Numbered from the stretch's first letter, positions 1 through 12,099 are shown. The stretch is DNA of 64,000 nt from Macrostomum hystrix (GCA_950097015.1 CATNEN010000007.1:4402001-4466000); one strand, 5' to 3'. The notes: generated by a model not told the origin, from the letters alone. Translations and numbers: made by a program.

Positions 1-790
1 GATAATTGTAAACATCGTCTGGGATTACTGTAAACATCGTCTGGGATAATTGTAAACATCGTCTGGGATTATTGTAAACATCGCCTGGGATTACCGTAAA
101 CATCGTCTGGGATAATTGTAAACATCGTCTGGGATTACTGTAAACATCGTCCGGGATAATTGTAAACATCGTCTGGGATTATTGTAAACATCGCCTGGGA
201 TTACCGTAAACATCGTCTGGGATAATTGTAAACATCGTCTGGGATTACTGTAAGCATCGTCCGGGATAATTGTAAACATCGTCTGGGATTACTGTAAACA
301 TCGTCTGGGATAATTGCAAACATCGTCTGGGATTATTGTAAACATCGCCTGGGATTACCGTAAACATCGTCTGGGATAATTGTAAACATCGTCTGGGGTA
401 ATTGTAAACATCACTTGGGATTACTGTAAACATTGTCTGGGACGATTGTAAACATAGTCTGGGATTATTGACAACATCGTCCGGGATTATTGTAAACATC
501 GTCTGGGATAATTGTAAAGATTGTCTGGGATTTTAGACAACCTGATCTGGGATTACTGTAATCATCGTCTGGGATTACTGCTAACATCGTCTGGGATTAT
601 TGTAAACATAGTCTGTGATTACTGTCGACATCGTCTGGGATAATTGTAAACATCACTTGGGATTACTGTAAACATTGTCTGGGATGATTGTAAACATGGT
701 CTGGGATTACAGTAAATCGTAACATGATGGGGATGATCGTAACATGCTCTGCGATTATTGTAAACATGCTGTAGGTTCATTGTAAACATG
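1..790. repeat. 22-bp minisatellite (GGGATAATTGTAAACATCGTCT), degenerating toward 790
   Basis: Direct tandem repeats; the ORFs over it have a 22-aa period (3 x 22 nt). Confidence 0.95.
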
Positions 791-1028
791 GGATTACAAT
801 AATATGATAGGAAGCTTGCTGTCTGCTTGGGGGAATGCTGACAGAGTGCTCCCCAGAGGGGACAGATTATGCAATTCTTTACAAAATTGAAAATTCAATT
901 TCGATTTTACGAAAATCGTTAGGACAATGCAGCCATTTTACGACAATTCTTGAGAGTTGAGATTTGGCTTTGAAAAGTGTTTAATCCTAGCTTTTTTGCC
1001 CGCCCCGAAGGGGGGCTCAGATTGCTAG
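1..1028 (+). mobile_element. 3' end of a non-autonomous Helitron carrying the 22-bp minisatellite
   Basis: GC hairpin GCCCGCCCC-GAA-GGGGGGC (998-1016), then CTAG (1025-1028) followed by T: the canonical Helitron 3' terminus. The 5' end lies outside the window. Confidence 0.6.
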
Positions 1029-1082
1029 TGTATTAGCTAATATCAATGGCTGATTCAACCAGTTTGATTCATATAAGTTTCG

Positions 1083-1212
1083 CAGCTGTGCCTAAATCAG
1101 CTGTGCCTAAATCAGCTGTGCCTAAATCAGCTGTGCCTAAATCAGCTGTGCCTAAATCAGCTGTGCCTAAATCAGCTGTGCCTAAATCAGTTTCGCAGCT
1201 GTGTCTAAATCA
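1083..1212. repeat. 15-bp tandem repeat CAGCTGTGCCTAAAT (about 7 copies)
   Basis: Direct tandem copies. Confidence 0.9.
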
Positions 1213-1594
1213 GTTTGTATGACCGATGACAGATCTGAATGACAGTATGACAGATTTGTATGATAGTTAGTTGACAGATACATTGACAGACTGCTAGACT
1301 GATAGACAGATTGATAGACATGTAGATAAATACATAAAAGAAACTTATATGTATACACACTCCACTGTGTGGACTTTTTATAATAACACATTTACATCCT
1401 GATGTCTGTTACTCTACTGTCAGTAGAAATATTCACACGTCAGAATTTTTTACGGTATTGGCTTTACTGAAACATGTGCCTCTTTTTCACAATTTATTTA
1501 CGTAAGGCTGTTAGGTAAGGCTGTTATCATTAATCATAGTAAATATTTCACAAAGCATAGCATAGTCAAACAAAATTGCACAACCTTAATGCCG

Positions 1595-1720
1595 TTATTA
1601 GTAAATCATAATGCAGTAATTAGTAAATCATAATGCAGTAATTAGTCAATCATAATGCAGTTATTGGTCAATCATAATGCAGTTATTGGTCAATCATAAT
1701 GCAGTTATTGGTCAATCATG
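1595..1720. repeat. 22-bp tandem repeat (GCAGTTATTGGTCAATCATAAT-like)
   Basis: About 5 direct copies. Confidence 0.85.
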
Positions 1721-2329
1721 TCTTCGCCATGCCGTGGCCCGCAGAGCTGAAATAGCGAAATAAATAAACTATAGACACAAAACATTTTAGCACAGATGAA
1801 TCACCATCTCATCAGAAAGTGCAGGCATCAATTCTGTTATTAAAAAGGGTTTGCTGGTTTGGCAGTTTCTTTCGCAAGCGGAACAGCATTATTGCATGAT
1901 TCATTAGAATCTTTCATGTCAATCCTACTGTCCGCAGCAAAATTATTCTGCCCTGCTTCACAGAGCGCATTCACTGGGGTATGCAATAAATATATAAATA
2001 GCAGCGAAATGTCCATTTCAAACATCTCTCTCGAGGCCCATTACTATGCAGCCAGCCTGCTATCTGCAATGACATCAAAGAATTCACCTGTTTGATTACT
2101 GAGGGAATCTGTGTCCCAGCTAGACACCTAAAACATAGGTCATCAAAAGCACATCGCTTATTCCACACATTTTACAGAAATATTCGCTTATACACCCATA
2201 GTTAGCCCAGTAAAAGGTTGTGGAATTCATATAGCATGCACTTTCCCAGGTCTTGGAGCCAGCTGCAAAAAGATGCCAGTTCTATCATACTGACTAATTT
2301 GCTCATATTTATTTCTGTCAGCAACAGCC

Positions 2330-2470
2330 ATACAATTCGGACAGCGCAGTTCTCATGAATGAGTCTGATGTGCCATTCAAATCATGCACAACCGGCATAC
2401 CCAACTTCCAACTTAAAAAGGTGCCCTGGAAAGTGCGGGGCATCCAACAGGTTCAGCATTTCTGATGATT
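2330..2470 (-). pseudogene. Old, degenerate Helitron PIF1-helicase remnant
   Basis: Minus-strand translation SSEMLNLLDAPHFPGHLFKLEVG/(frameshift)MPVV...LNGT aligns with PELLNQLDTPNFHAHLLKLKVGMPLV...NGT of the neighbouring RepHel. Confidence 0.6.
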
Positions 2471-3532
2471 CAATAATAATCACAAATAATCATCGATTAT
2501 CTATGCTAGTATGATTCCCACAGGGCAGCTTCACTTCGAGAAAGTTCACTTTCTCTGCTTGAACATTTTGGCAATAGAGTGCGAAAGCGATGAGAAGTAT
2601 CTTCTCATGGGAAGCGAAAGTGGTGAGCAGAATTGATTTCTCGACTCTGGCGCCCATGAAGACTTCTTAGTGTTTAATGGGGATTTCCCTTAGTTACATG
2701 CGCTATTATTCAATCGACCCATGGCTTTTCAGCAGGATAATCCTGCTTTGTTGGACAATCCACTCTGGCCTTTTTAGTATACTCATCGTCAAACGTGGCC
2801 GGTGATTTCGGCCAGCTGTGTGTGGACAGACAGGTGCGAATGTTCATTCTTAATCGCAAATCAATCGGTACTCTTAAACAGGCATTCTTCTGCAGCTGAC
2901 TCTAAAAATGGATAACTTGCTTTTGTATGCATTCACTGCATTTTGCCCGGCTTATAAATGTAAAATATAATACTCCTGTCAAATATGCAGACATAAGAAT
3001 ATACCTTTTCTGACTTTTGTTTCACGCCCTACTGTGAAACAAATTCCGCTACTCCTACTATATAATATCACTTTCTTTGATGTCACTGCAGCACAGCAGC
3101 ACAGCCACAGCACAGCTCAACATGCTTAGTCGGCCATCACAAGATTTAAGCAAGGACTACTAAACAACACAACACAACAAGTGTTGTTAAGCAGTCCTTG
3201 GATTTAAGGTCTGCGATTAGGCTGCTTCAGACCATGGCTGCATACCCTCCATTTTATCGTGGAAGAACCTCTGAATCGTGATAAGCAGCGAACACGTATT
3301 TCAACCACGTCTCTCAAGGCCCATTGATATGCAGTCAACCTGCTCCAAAATGAACAGGATTTACGCTGATGTGACTCATTGGGCCAATGGGCAGAGCTCA
3401 ACTATCATGCACCATTTACACATCAGGCGGCTCAACTTGTGATGGCGACTCACTGCAACATCTCACAGACTCACAAGTCACGGGAACTCGATTGAAGTTC
3501 GATAAACTCACGAATGTCCAGTGAACAATCTT

Positions 3533-4493
3533 CTAGTCTCCAGTGAGCACCTCTGGGTAGACAACGTTCCTGGTCGTGGTTCCAGACAACCGGACCCGGA
3601 CATTTGCTACATTTTCGCTCGAGACAGCGCAGTATATAACTGGCCGTGCGCAAAGCATCCAACCGCCAGGTCGATGCCGACTGTCTCCAGGCTCTGCCCC
3701 TGAGACTTGTGAATCGTCAGGCAAAAGCTGGGCTTCACCGGAAACTGCAGCCGCTTGAAGCAGACTGGTAGGTCAGCATTGTTGGGCTGTAGGGGAATCC
3801 GCGGCAGCAGGATTTCATCTCCAGTGAACTGGCCAGCAGCGACTTTGCAGCGCAGCACATTCTCGCCCAGCTCCAGGATGATCAGCCGGGTGCCGTTGCA
3901 CAGCCGTGGCGGGTTCAGATTCCGCAGCAGAACCAGCGGCATGCCCACCTTGAGCTTCAGAAGGTGGGCATGGAAATTCGGTGTATCCAGCTGATTCAGC
4001 AGCTCCGGAGGAAAGTGCGTGGCCGCATCCTCGTCAGCCACGCTGTCCACCGAGCGATACTCGCGCAGTTGGCATGGGAACATGGCCAGGCACTCGTTGT
4101 TGATCGCGTCAACCGCATCGTTGTAGGGCGCCAGGATGGCTCGGCTGGCAAAGTAGCTATCGCGCTCCTCTGACGCCTCGAACGAAGGGTACACGAACAG
4201 GATCAGCTCGGATAGCGGCGCCTCCGCCGAAATGACAATCTCGGCATGAAGGCGGACGGTGTCATCCGACTGATCAGCCAACCCAGAGCCGATCTGTGTG
4301 GAATGGGCAGGAAAATGCAAGAGAATCGCAGGCTACACAGGTGATCTACTCCTACAAGCAGCAATAGCAAAACTTACCTGCATGAGCAGCTGCATATAGC
4401 GATGGTACAGCTCAGCATCAGCACAACTCTGCAGTCGGATGTTCTTGGAAAGGCGGTGCCTCTGAAACAAAGATCACAGTGGGGACTTGCTAA
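3533..4493 (-). pseudogene. Helitron RepHel helicase 3' part (inverted near-identical copy of ~14847-15804)
   Basis: Motifs KLKVGMP..LRNL, NGTRL, TIHKSQGQSL and HGQLYTALSR. Shares the same intron as the right copy. 1-bp frameshift near 3610. Confidence 0.95.
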
Positions 4494-4739
4494 CCCGATG
4501 AATTTTGATAGCCGCCGTGGTGGGTTATTTACGGCTCATATGAGAAGCTTGACCAGTATTTGCGCAGTTTTTTTAGCAGTTTGGACCGTGTTTAAGAATT
4601 TTAGAGCCACCTGTGCGGGTGAAGTGTCTAAAGTGTGTAAAAAGTTGCGCAAAAGTTGCTTAACTTTTCAGCGGCTCTCGAGGCTAACGCGGCCTAAAAG
4701 TTGGTCATATGTTTTTGATGGCTCAAGCACGTTTAAAAA

Positions 4740-5420
4740 GTGGCTCAAGTGGCTCTAACCGCTCAATGGCTGGTCAAGTGTCTCAAGTGGTTCAAGCTGC
4801 TCAATGGCTGGTCAAGTGTCTCAAGTGGCTCAAGCTGCTCAATGGCTGGTCAAGTGTCTCAAGTGGCTCAAGCTGCTCAATGGCTGGTCAAGTGTCTCAA
4901 GTGGCTCAAGCTGCTCAATGGCTGGTCAAGTGTCTCAAGTGGCTCAAGCTGCTCAATGGCTGGTCAAGTGTCTCAAGTGGCTAAAGCTGCTCAATTGCTG
5001 GTCAAGTGTCTCAAGTGGCTCTAACCGCTCAATGGCTGGTCAAGCGTCTCAAGTGGTTCAAGCTGCTCAATGGCTGGTCAAGTGTCTCAAGTGGCTCAAG
5101 CTGCTCAATGGCTGGTCAAGCGTCTCAAGTGGCTCAAGCTGCTCAATGGCTGGTCAAGTGTCTCAAGTTGCTCTAACCGCTCAATGGCTGGTCAAGTGTC
5201 TCAAGTGGCTAAAGCTGCTCAATGGCTGGTCAAGTATCTCAAGTGGCTCAAGCTGCTCAATGGCTGGTCAAGTGTCTCAAGTGGCTCAAGCTGCTCAATG
5301 GCTGGTCAAGTGTCTTAAGTGGCTCTAACCGCTCATTGGCTGGTTAAGTGTCTTAAGTGGCTAAAGCTGCTCAATGGCTGGTCAAGTGTCTCAAGTGGCT
5401 CGCACTGCTCAATGGATGCA
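4740..5420. repeat. 38-bp subterminal satellite (CAAGTGGCTCAAGCTGCTCAATGGCTGGTCAAGTGTCT)
   Basis: About 17 tandem copies; 38-aa periodicity in the ORF track. Confidence 0.95.
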
Positions 5421-5482
5421 AAAGTGTCGCAAGTGAGTTTCTGTGAGCTAATATATTTTATTTTATATTTTATTTAGCTACC

Positions 5483-6346
5483 CCATGTGTATTCAACTGT
5501 ACTCGAAGCGATTCGAAACTATTCCAAGCTACCCATTGTATATTCAACTGCACTCGAAACTATTCCAAGCTACCCATTGTATATTCAACTGTACTTGAAA
5601 CTATTCCAAGCTACCCATTGTCTATTCAACTGTACTCGAAACTATTCCAAGCTACCCATTGTATATTCAACTGTACTCGAAACTATTCGAAACTATTCGA
5701 AGCTACCCAATGTGTATTCAACTGTACTCGAAACTATTCGGAGCTACCAACAAATGTGTATTCAACTGTACTCGAAACTATTCGGAGCTACCAACAAATG
5801 TGTATTCAACTGTACTCGAAACTATTCGGAGCTACCAACAAATGTGTATTCAACTGTACTCGAAACTATTCGGAGCTACCAAATGTGTATTCAACTGTAC
5901 TCGAAACTATTCGGAGCTACCAAATGTATATTCAACTGTACTCGAAACTATTCCAAGCTACCCATTGTATATTTAACTGTATTCGAAACTATTCGGAGCT
6001 ACCAAATGTGTATTCAACTGTACTCGAAACTATTCCAAGCTACCCATTGTATACTTAACTGTACTCGAAACTATTCGAAACTATTCGGAGCTACCAAATG
6101 TGTATTCAACTGTACTCGAAACTATTCGAAAGTATTCGGAGCTACCAAATGTATATTCAACTGTACTCGAAACTATTCCAAGCTACCCATGTGTATTCAT
6201 CTGTACTCGAAACTATTCCAAGCTACCCATGTGTATTCAACTGTACTCGAAACTATTCCAAGCTACCCATGTGTATTCAACTGTACTCGAAACTATTCCA
6301 AGCTACGCATGTGTATTCAACTGTACTCGAAACTATTCCAAGCTAC
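5483..6346. repeat. About 40-bp satellite (TGTATTCAACTGTACTCGAAACTATTCCAAGCTACCCAT)
   Basis: About 20 tandem copies with variants. Confidence 0.95.
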
Positions 6347-6902
6347 TGGAATCTGTTGCGAAACAAATAAAAGTGAGTGATGGACGCAGTTGTGCGTGTT
6401 GACTCTGAAGACAGCTGGAGTTTATTTTTTGGGTTGTATTATATACGTTAGATGTGTATAGGTCAGACAGAATTATTACTCGGATGTGATCCTAAATTAG
6501 GAAAATAATCCCACTCTATCTATCCCATCATGATTTTATCCTTTCCACTCTATCGGTGCGAAGTAAAGAAGAACAAAAAAATTTAATCTTTATTTTATCC
6601 TTTCCACTTTGTGATTGTCATTTTGAAATTGAACATTTTAAATCGAACACTTGAAATTTTTTGTAAGTAAACGTTTTCGCAAACCGATTTTATACCCGAA
6701 AAGTTGTCCAGCTTGGACGCTTTGAAGCACTGAGTGTGCTACTGTTTTAATCCTTTTAAGCCTTTGTTGTAAATCATTTTATTACTGGGCCGTTGATACG
6801 ACAGCATGCATGGTCGCATAGCTATTTGAGGTATTTTACATTCGAATGTGCTTGGTCTGACTCGAGCTGACAAGCTAGTAGCCTGTAACTACGCTAGTTT
6901 AC

Positions 6903-7201
6903 AGATGGCCCAAGGCAGTGACGGCAGTCCGATTGACTGGTCTGCATTGTTGGACCAGGTCATCATCGAGATGGCGCCGACCCGACCAGGGTCCCCAGCA
7001 GCATCGCCGCCTGGACGGGAGAGGACCGCTAGCGAGCTGGCCAGCCAGATCTTTTGGTCGGATGAGCCACTCGCAATTCGGCTTCCTTCTCCCCCTTCTC
7101 CCCCTCCTCCGGATGTAGTTGTGTCGGCGTCGCCGCACGACACGTCACCAGAACCGACATCCCCTGTCCCCTCTGTGCAGTCGGAGCCACCGGAGCGCTA
7201 A
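6903..7201 (+). CDS. Pro/Ser-rich hypothetical ORF inside the CMC-like element
   Basis: GC-rich ORF MAQGSDGSPIDWSALLDQ... preceded by an acceptor-like TTTACAG; no recognisable domain. Confidence 0.3.
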
Positions 7202-7535
7202 GGGGAGGTACAAAACATCTAGGAGAGTAGACAGCACAGAAGAATGATCAGGGAATTGTTGTCTAAATAAATACTTTACTTTTCTTAATTCATTCAACGA
7301 CATGGGGGCACACCTGAAAAGGCAGGAGCACGCCATCCGGGAACAACAGCGCGAATTGCTGCGTCAGCGACGCGAGCAGGCGCAGCGTCGACTTGATGCC
7401 GTGGTAGAGGGCAACGATTGACGGGAGCAGTACGCGGGAGAAAGAGGGAATTACAATGAGACGTGACGATATTGGGGCACATTCACCATCCAAAGTATAC
7501 TGTAGATTTCAGCAACTGCCTTTTCGACCCCCCTG

Positions 7536-7976
7536 ATGTCGAACTCGTTCAATCAACCCTCTTCTGCCAACGCCCGGCAGCTGGATGTTCAGGAGCAGCA
7601 ACGGCAGCGCGCTCTTGATATGGGCAGCTCCAACCAGCAACTCTGGAATCTCATGTATCCCGGTTTGGGGCATGAGGACAGGCGCAGCCTCGACGGCATG
7701 GAGGCCGATCTGCAGGACCAGAGGGAGGTCCTGGAGCGACAGCGCGCCATACTGCAGCAGCAGGAGCAGCTGCTAGAACAGCAGTTTTTACTCCTCCAAC
7801 AACGCCGTGAAGAGGAAAGGCTCCGCCGTGAGCGAGATGAGCAGCTGCTGGCGCAGGACGCCGAGCGGGAGCACCGCCGTGATGCCTCGGACTCCGATGA
7901 TGATGACTTATTCCGCATTCCGCTACGTCAACGTCCCCAGGGCCCTCTTGTTCCACCTCACTTGCGGGAGCTGTAG
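7536..7976 (+). CDS. 146-aa coiled-coil/acidic hypothetical protein inside the CMC-like element
   Basis: Clean ATG-to-stop ORF with a Q/E/R heptad segment and a DSDDDD acidic patch. Confidence 0.45.
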   Translation: MSNSFNQPSSANARQLDVQEQQRQRALDMGSSNQQLWNLMYPGLGHEDRRSLDGMEADLQDQREVLERQRAILQQQEQLLEQQFLLLQQRREEERLRRERDEQLLAQDAEREHRRDASDSDDDDLFRIPLRQRPQGPLVPPHLREL

Positions 7977-8148
7977 ATGGAGCTATATAGGGCCTTAATT
8001 CAGGGTTTAGGGATTTTGTGTTCGGATACCTTCTTTACATTTCGCACCGCACCCTAAACCGCTCTCCAGTGCCAGTATAAAGTTTATATAAATATATATA
8101 CTAGAATACATTCATTAATGGCCGATCGACGCGAGCCGATCGACGCCA

Positions 8149-8883
8149 ATCCTTTACTCGCGACGCGCACTTACCTACAATGCGCATATGGTCTGCGAGC
8201 ACATGGCTGACTTCGCGCTGCAATTTGGGCCAGTGCATCGCCTCTCAGCCAGTCTTTTCGAAGCGCAGCACTATAGGCTGCTGTCTAGGCTGCATGGCCG
8301 CAGACGCCTGGGTCCAGAGCTGCGCAACATCGTCGACGCAGACAGTGCCTGCCGCCGACTTCTGGGGTCCAGCCAACTGCCAGCTGGTCAGGAAGCTGCA
8401 GATGATCGCCGAATCGTCGAAGGGGTGATGCTTCAGTGCCCCATTCGACAGTCCCCAGGAAAATTCCGCCGCGCTGTTCTGCCCAACGGCTTTGCCCTGG
8501 AGGTGTTTCGGCCCAGTTTGGCGCACCTGCGCACGGTCTCCTGCTTTGTTGGAACCTTTGCGGACGTGGTCCCCGACGCTGCTGCTCTTGACTTCGCAAG
8601 AGTCGAGAGCATTTCCGAGTCAGCCGGCACTGTATTTGTCCGCCTACGACCATTGCGTGTCGCCGATGCACCAGCCGCACCACTTTTCCTGCTCACTGGA
8701 GCTGCAGGTGGGGAAGAAGCAGGCTGCACCTTCACCCACGCTCGGCGGCTAATGTGCGACCCCTTCGGCGAGCTTCCTAGCGACATGGACACCGTCCAGC
8801 ACTTTAGCTGCATCCTGGGGACCTGCGCCGTCAGCGACACGCACATCGCGTTAATGCCCCATGCCCAGGCTTCTTTCGCCTGA
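8149..8883 (+). pseudogene. C-terminal fragment of a CMC/EnSpm-like transposase
   Basis: In-frame LYSRRALTYNAHMVCEHMADFALQFGPVHRLSASLFEAQHYRL matches the Y...TYNxH..H..D....GP....S.F.FE motif of EnSpm-family (DUF4218-like) transposases. The catalytic N-terminal part is absent. Confidence 0.65.
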
Positions 8884-9120
8884 AGGTGAACCCCTATAAT
8901 ACTGGCACTGGCACGCGGGGTTTCCTAGAACTTTCAATTCATTTCCCTTTATCTATGACTGATATAATGGTTTCCCAGAACTTGTAACTGAACTTCCCAG
9001 AACAGTCCCTGAGTTCGATTCCGCCGCGAGACCACATTTATTTGGCCTCCTCTAGTACTAATTCCCCCCCTAATTGCAGCCAGCAGCTTGCTTGAGAATT
9101 TTTTTCTGCGAATTTGAGAA

Positions 9121-11019
9121 ATGGCACCCAAAAAAACAACATGCGATCTCTGCGGGGCTGCGCCACCTGCCCTTTCCTGCCGCACTTGCAAGAAGAAGTT
9201 ATGCGAGCCTTGTAGTGCTGTGACGCACCGCCATCCTGAAAGGCAGCGGCACAGGCCGCTCGCGATTGCCGATCGCGATGGCGATACAGTGCAGCCAACC
9301 GCCACCACCGTGCCGAAGGATGTGACATCGGCCAGACTGGCACGGGAGGCTTCGGCTTTGGACTCTGGCCCCTCCTTCGCGGCAGCCCCAGCTCCGCCTG
9401 TCCCCTCTGTGCCCGCCCAAGCCCCTCCGCCTGTCCCCTCTGTGCCCGCCCAAGCCCCTCCGCCTGTCCCGCCCGCCTTGTCTGCTCCCCAACCGCCAGC
9501 ATCGCCAGCGAAGAGGCGGCGTCAACTGCCAACGACGGCTGCGGCTTTCTCAATACCAGGTGGGTCAGAGCAGCAGTACTGGCTCGTGCAGTTTCTGCCC
9601 CAGCGCAGTTTCCGAGCTGTGCAATCCTATCGAATTGCAACAGCAGTTCCCCCCCGGGGGCTACAAGCGCTGGTCGGAGGTTGAAGTGTATTGCGCCCCA
9701 ACCATCAGCCCCACAACTATAAGTCACCGCGCAGTACTCTTTAATGGTCCCTTCGCATCCTACTCCATTGCCAAGACGCACGAGCAGCTGTGCCGTAACC
9801 TGCCTCCCGATCCGGTTTCAGTGCAGCCTACTTGCGTGCAGTGCAAGCTGCGAGACGCTCAGCTGCTGGAAGCTCGCAGTGCTGCCGCCTCACTGCGAGA
9901 TACGGTCAGCCGTACTGCAGCTGAAGCCAGTCAGCTGCGAGATGAGCTGGCAAAGTCTATTGCTGTACAGGATGAGCTGCGGGGCGAGATCGATCGCCTG
10001 CGCAGTGTCATCGACGAACTGCATTCGGAGCAGCAGCGCGACAGCGCACATTTGGCCAACGGACTGGCATCCGTGGCTGCGCTGGTGGAACAGCTCCGAG
10101 CTGTTCCTGCCGGGAAGCTCGGCAGCCGTGGCGCTTGCGCTGCAGATGATTCTCAGCCTGCCCAGCTGCCCAGCGACCTCTTCGACCTTGCGCTGACTCC
10201 GATCAGCCAGGGAGTCAGTGACTCCGGAGTGACTGCAGGATCCTGCAGTCAGAAGCCAGCTGCAGCCCGTTCTGCCACCAGCTGCACCCAGCGGCTCATG
10301 TCTGGCAGCTCGGTTTTGGTGAGGAGGCAAAAATATTTCGCCAGTATTAAAAGCCGTCCTTGTCACCACTCCTTGTCATCTGGGTCTTCTCGCAAAATAT
10401 CTCACAGGTTACCCCGGCAGGCTGGTCCCTTCTTGCAGCCGCTCTGGCCGAGTATAAGGCCAACAGGACAGATGCCACTCGCCGCCTTTTGATACGCAGA
10501 CTGCTGCAGGCCGTATTTTCCGAAGAGGAGATTCGGTCCTGCACGTACAAGGGCAAGAGCCGCGGAGGTGAAGGTCGTATGGCCGCACCATTCGACAAGC
10601 GGCAGGCCGTCTCCAGCTACCTGCTGAGCGAGGCTGGCTTGTCAAAGTGCGAGCGGGAGGTGCATGATATCTTCCGGCGCCTCACGGAGACTCACCGCCG
10701 TGCCCTCCGCCCGCCTACCAGCACTCCAAAAAAAGGCAAGGGTGCCGACGCAGGCGCAGTGGGAGCCGCTGACGCTGCAGCCGGAGCCGCTGCCGACGCA
10801 GCCGGAGCCGCTGCCGACGCCTCTGGAACCGCTGCCGACGCATCCGGGGCCGCAGCCGACGCAGCCGGAGCCGCTGCCGACGCCTCTGGAGCCGCTGCCG
10901 ACGCATCCGGGGCCGCAGCCGACGCAGCCGGAGCCGCTGCCGAAGCAGCCGGAGCAGCCGTTGTTGGTGATTTTGAAGAAGAAAGTGACGACGGGTCAGA
11001 TGAGGAGGCCATGGACTAA
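9121..11019 (+). CDS. B-box zinc finger + coiled coil + BEN-domain protein (one 1-bp frameshift; one intron)
   Basis: N-terminal CDLC..CRTC...LCEPC...HRH...H B-box. One extra C in the C7 run at ~9650 separates the two frames. Phase-0 GT-AG intron 10319-10407 fuses ...LMSGSSVL|VTPAGWSLL... to a BEN-like RLLIRRLLQAVFSEEEIRSCTYKG segment. Ala/Asp repeat and acidic tail. Confidence 0.65.
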
Positions 11020-11099
11020 CATGTAATGTTATTCCATGGAATGTTCCATGACATGGAATGGTGTGGTCTGCGCCGCCGCTCTTCCCCCAGGTCTTCCCC

Positions 11100-11139
11100 C
11101 AATTTTGACCCACAAAGGCGGTTCACTTTTTTTATCAGG
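11100..11139. repeat. Internal degenerate copy of the CMC right terminus
   Basis: TTTTGACCCACAAAGGCGGTTCACTTTTTTTATCAGG versus TTTTGACCCACAACGGCGGCTCACTTTTTTCATCGGG at 13313-13349. Confidence 0.7.
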
Positions 11140-11339
11140 TAGGTGTGGCTTGGGCTGTCGCTCTTCCCCAGGTCGGGTCGGATGAGGCGAACAGGTCGGG
11201 CCTGCCTTCAATTGCTTAGCTAGTCTTTATTAGGAAGCATAGAAATAGTAAGAAATGAAGCTCTCGCCTACACTCTAATTGGCTCCATCTGCACAGTCCC
11301 CACTTTCTTGCTTTCCTTTACTTACATTTTTTGTTCTTT

Positions 11340-12060
11340 TCTATATTGCTTATTGCCTATTGCCTATTGCTAACTTCTTATTGCCTATTGCCAATTTCTT
11401 ATTGCTTTATATTGCATATTTCCTTATTGCTTATTGCCTATTGCCAATGTCTTATTGCTTTATATTGCATATTTCCTTATTGCTTATTGCCTATTGCCAA
11501 TGTCTTATTGCTTTATATTGCATATTTCCTTATTGCTTATTGCCTATTGCCAATGTCTTATTGCTTTATATTGCATATTTCCTTATTGCTTATTGCCTAT
11601 TGCCAATTTCTTATTGCTCATTGCATATTTCCTTATTGCTTATTGCCTATTGCTAACTTCTTATTGCCTATTGCCAATTTCTTATTGCTTTATATTGCAT
11701 ATTTCCTTATTGCTTATTGCCTATTGCCAATGTCTTATTGCTTTATATTGCATATTTCCTTATTGCTTATTGCCTATTGCCAATGTCTTATTGCTTTATA
11801 TTGCATATTTCCTTATTGCTTATTGCCTATTGCCAATTTCTTATTGCTCATTGCATATTTCCTTATTGCTTATTGCCTATTGCTAACTTCTTATTGCCTA
11901 TTGCCAATTTCTTATTGCTTTATATTGCATATTTCCTTATTGCTTATTGCCTATTGCCAATGTCTTATTGCTTTATATTGCATATTTCCTTATTGCTTAT
12001 TGCCTATTGCCAATTTCTTATTGCTCATTGCATATTTCCTTCTTGCTTATTGCTTATTGG
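11340..12060. repeat. Satellite built from (T/C)TATTGC heptamers in ~46-bp higher-order units
   Basis: Direct tandem copies. Confidence 0.95.
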
Positions 12061-12099
12061 TGACGATTGCTTTATTCTGCATTGCTTTTTGCTTCTTGT

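Noticed and set aside
1-790. CRISPR-like look of the regular repeat arrays (also 4740-6346, 45785-46372, 54830-55395)
   Set aside because: The units are directly adjacent with no unique spacers, there are no cas genes, and the context is eukaryotic.
3525-3540. CTAG at the left RepHel stop as a Helitron 3' terminus
   Set aside because: No upstream hairpin, and it is followed by A rather than T.
5487-6380. 297-aa and overlapping ORFs
   Set aside because: Translations of a 40-bp satellite that is open in several frames.
6722-6745. Small hairpin AGCAC-TGAGT-GTGCT as a Helitron/Helentron end
   Set aside because: Only a 5-bp stem, and no CTRR terminus follows.
9038-9781. 247-aa antisense ORF, and other antisense ORFs over Helitron, Gypsy, TACC and TCERG1 exons
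   Set aside because: Shadow frames of GC-rich coding sequence on the opposite strand.
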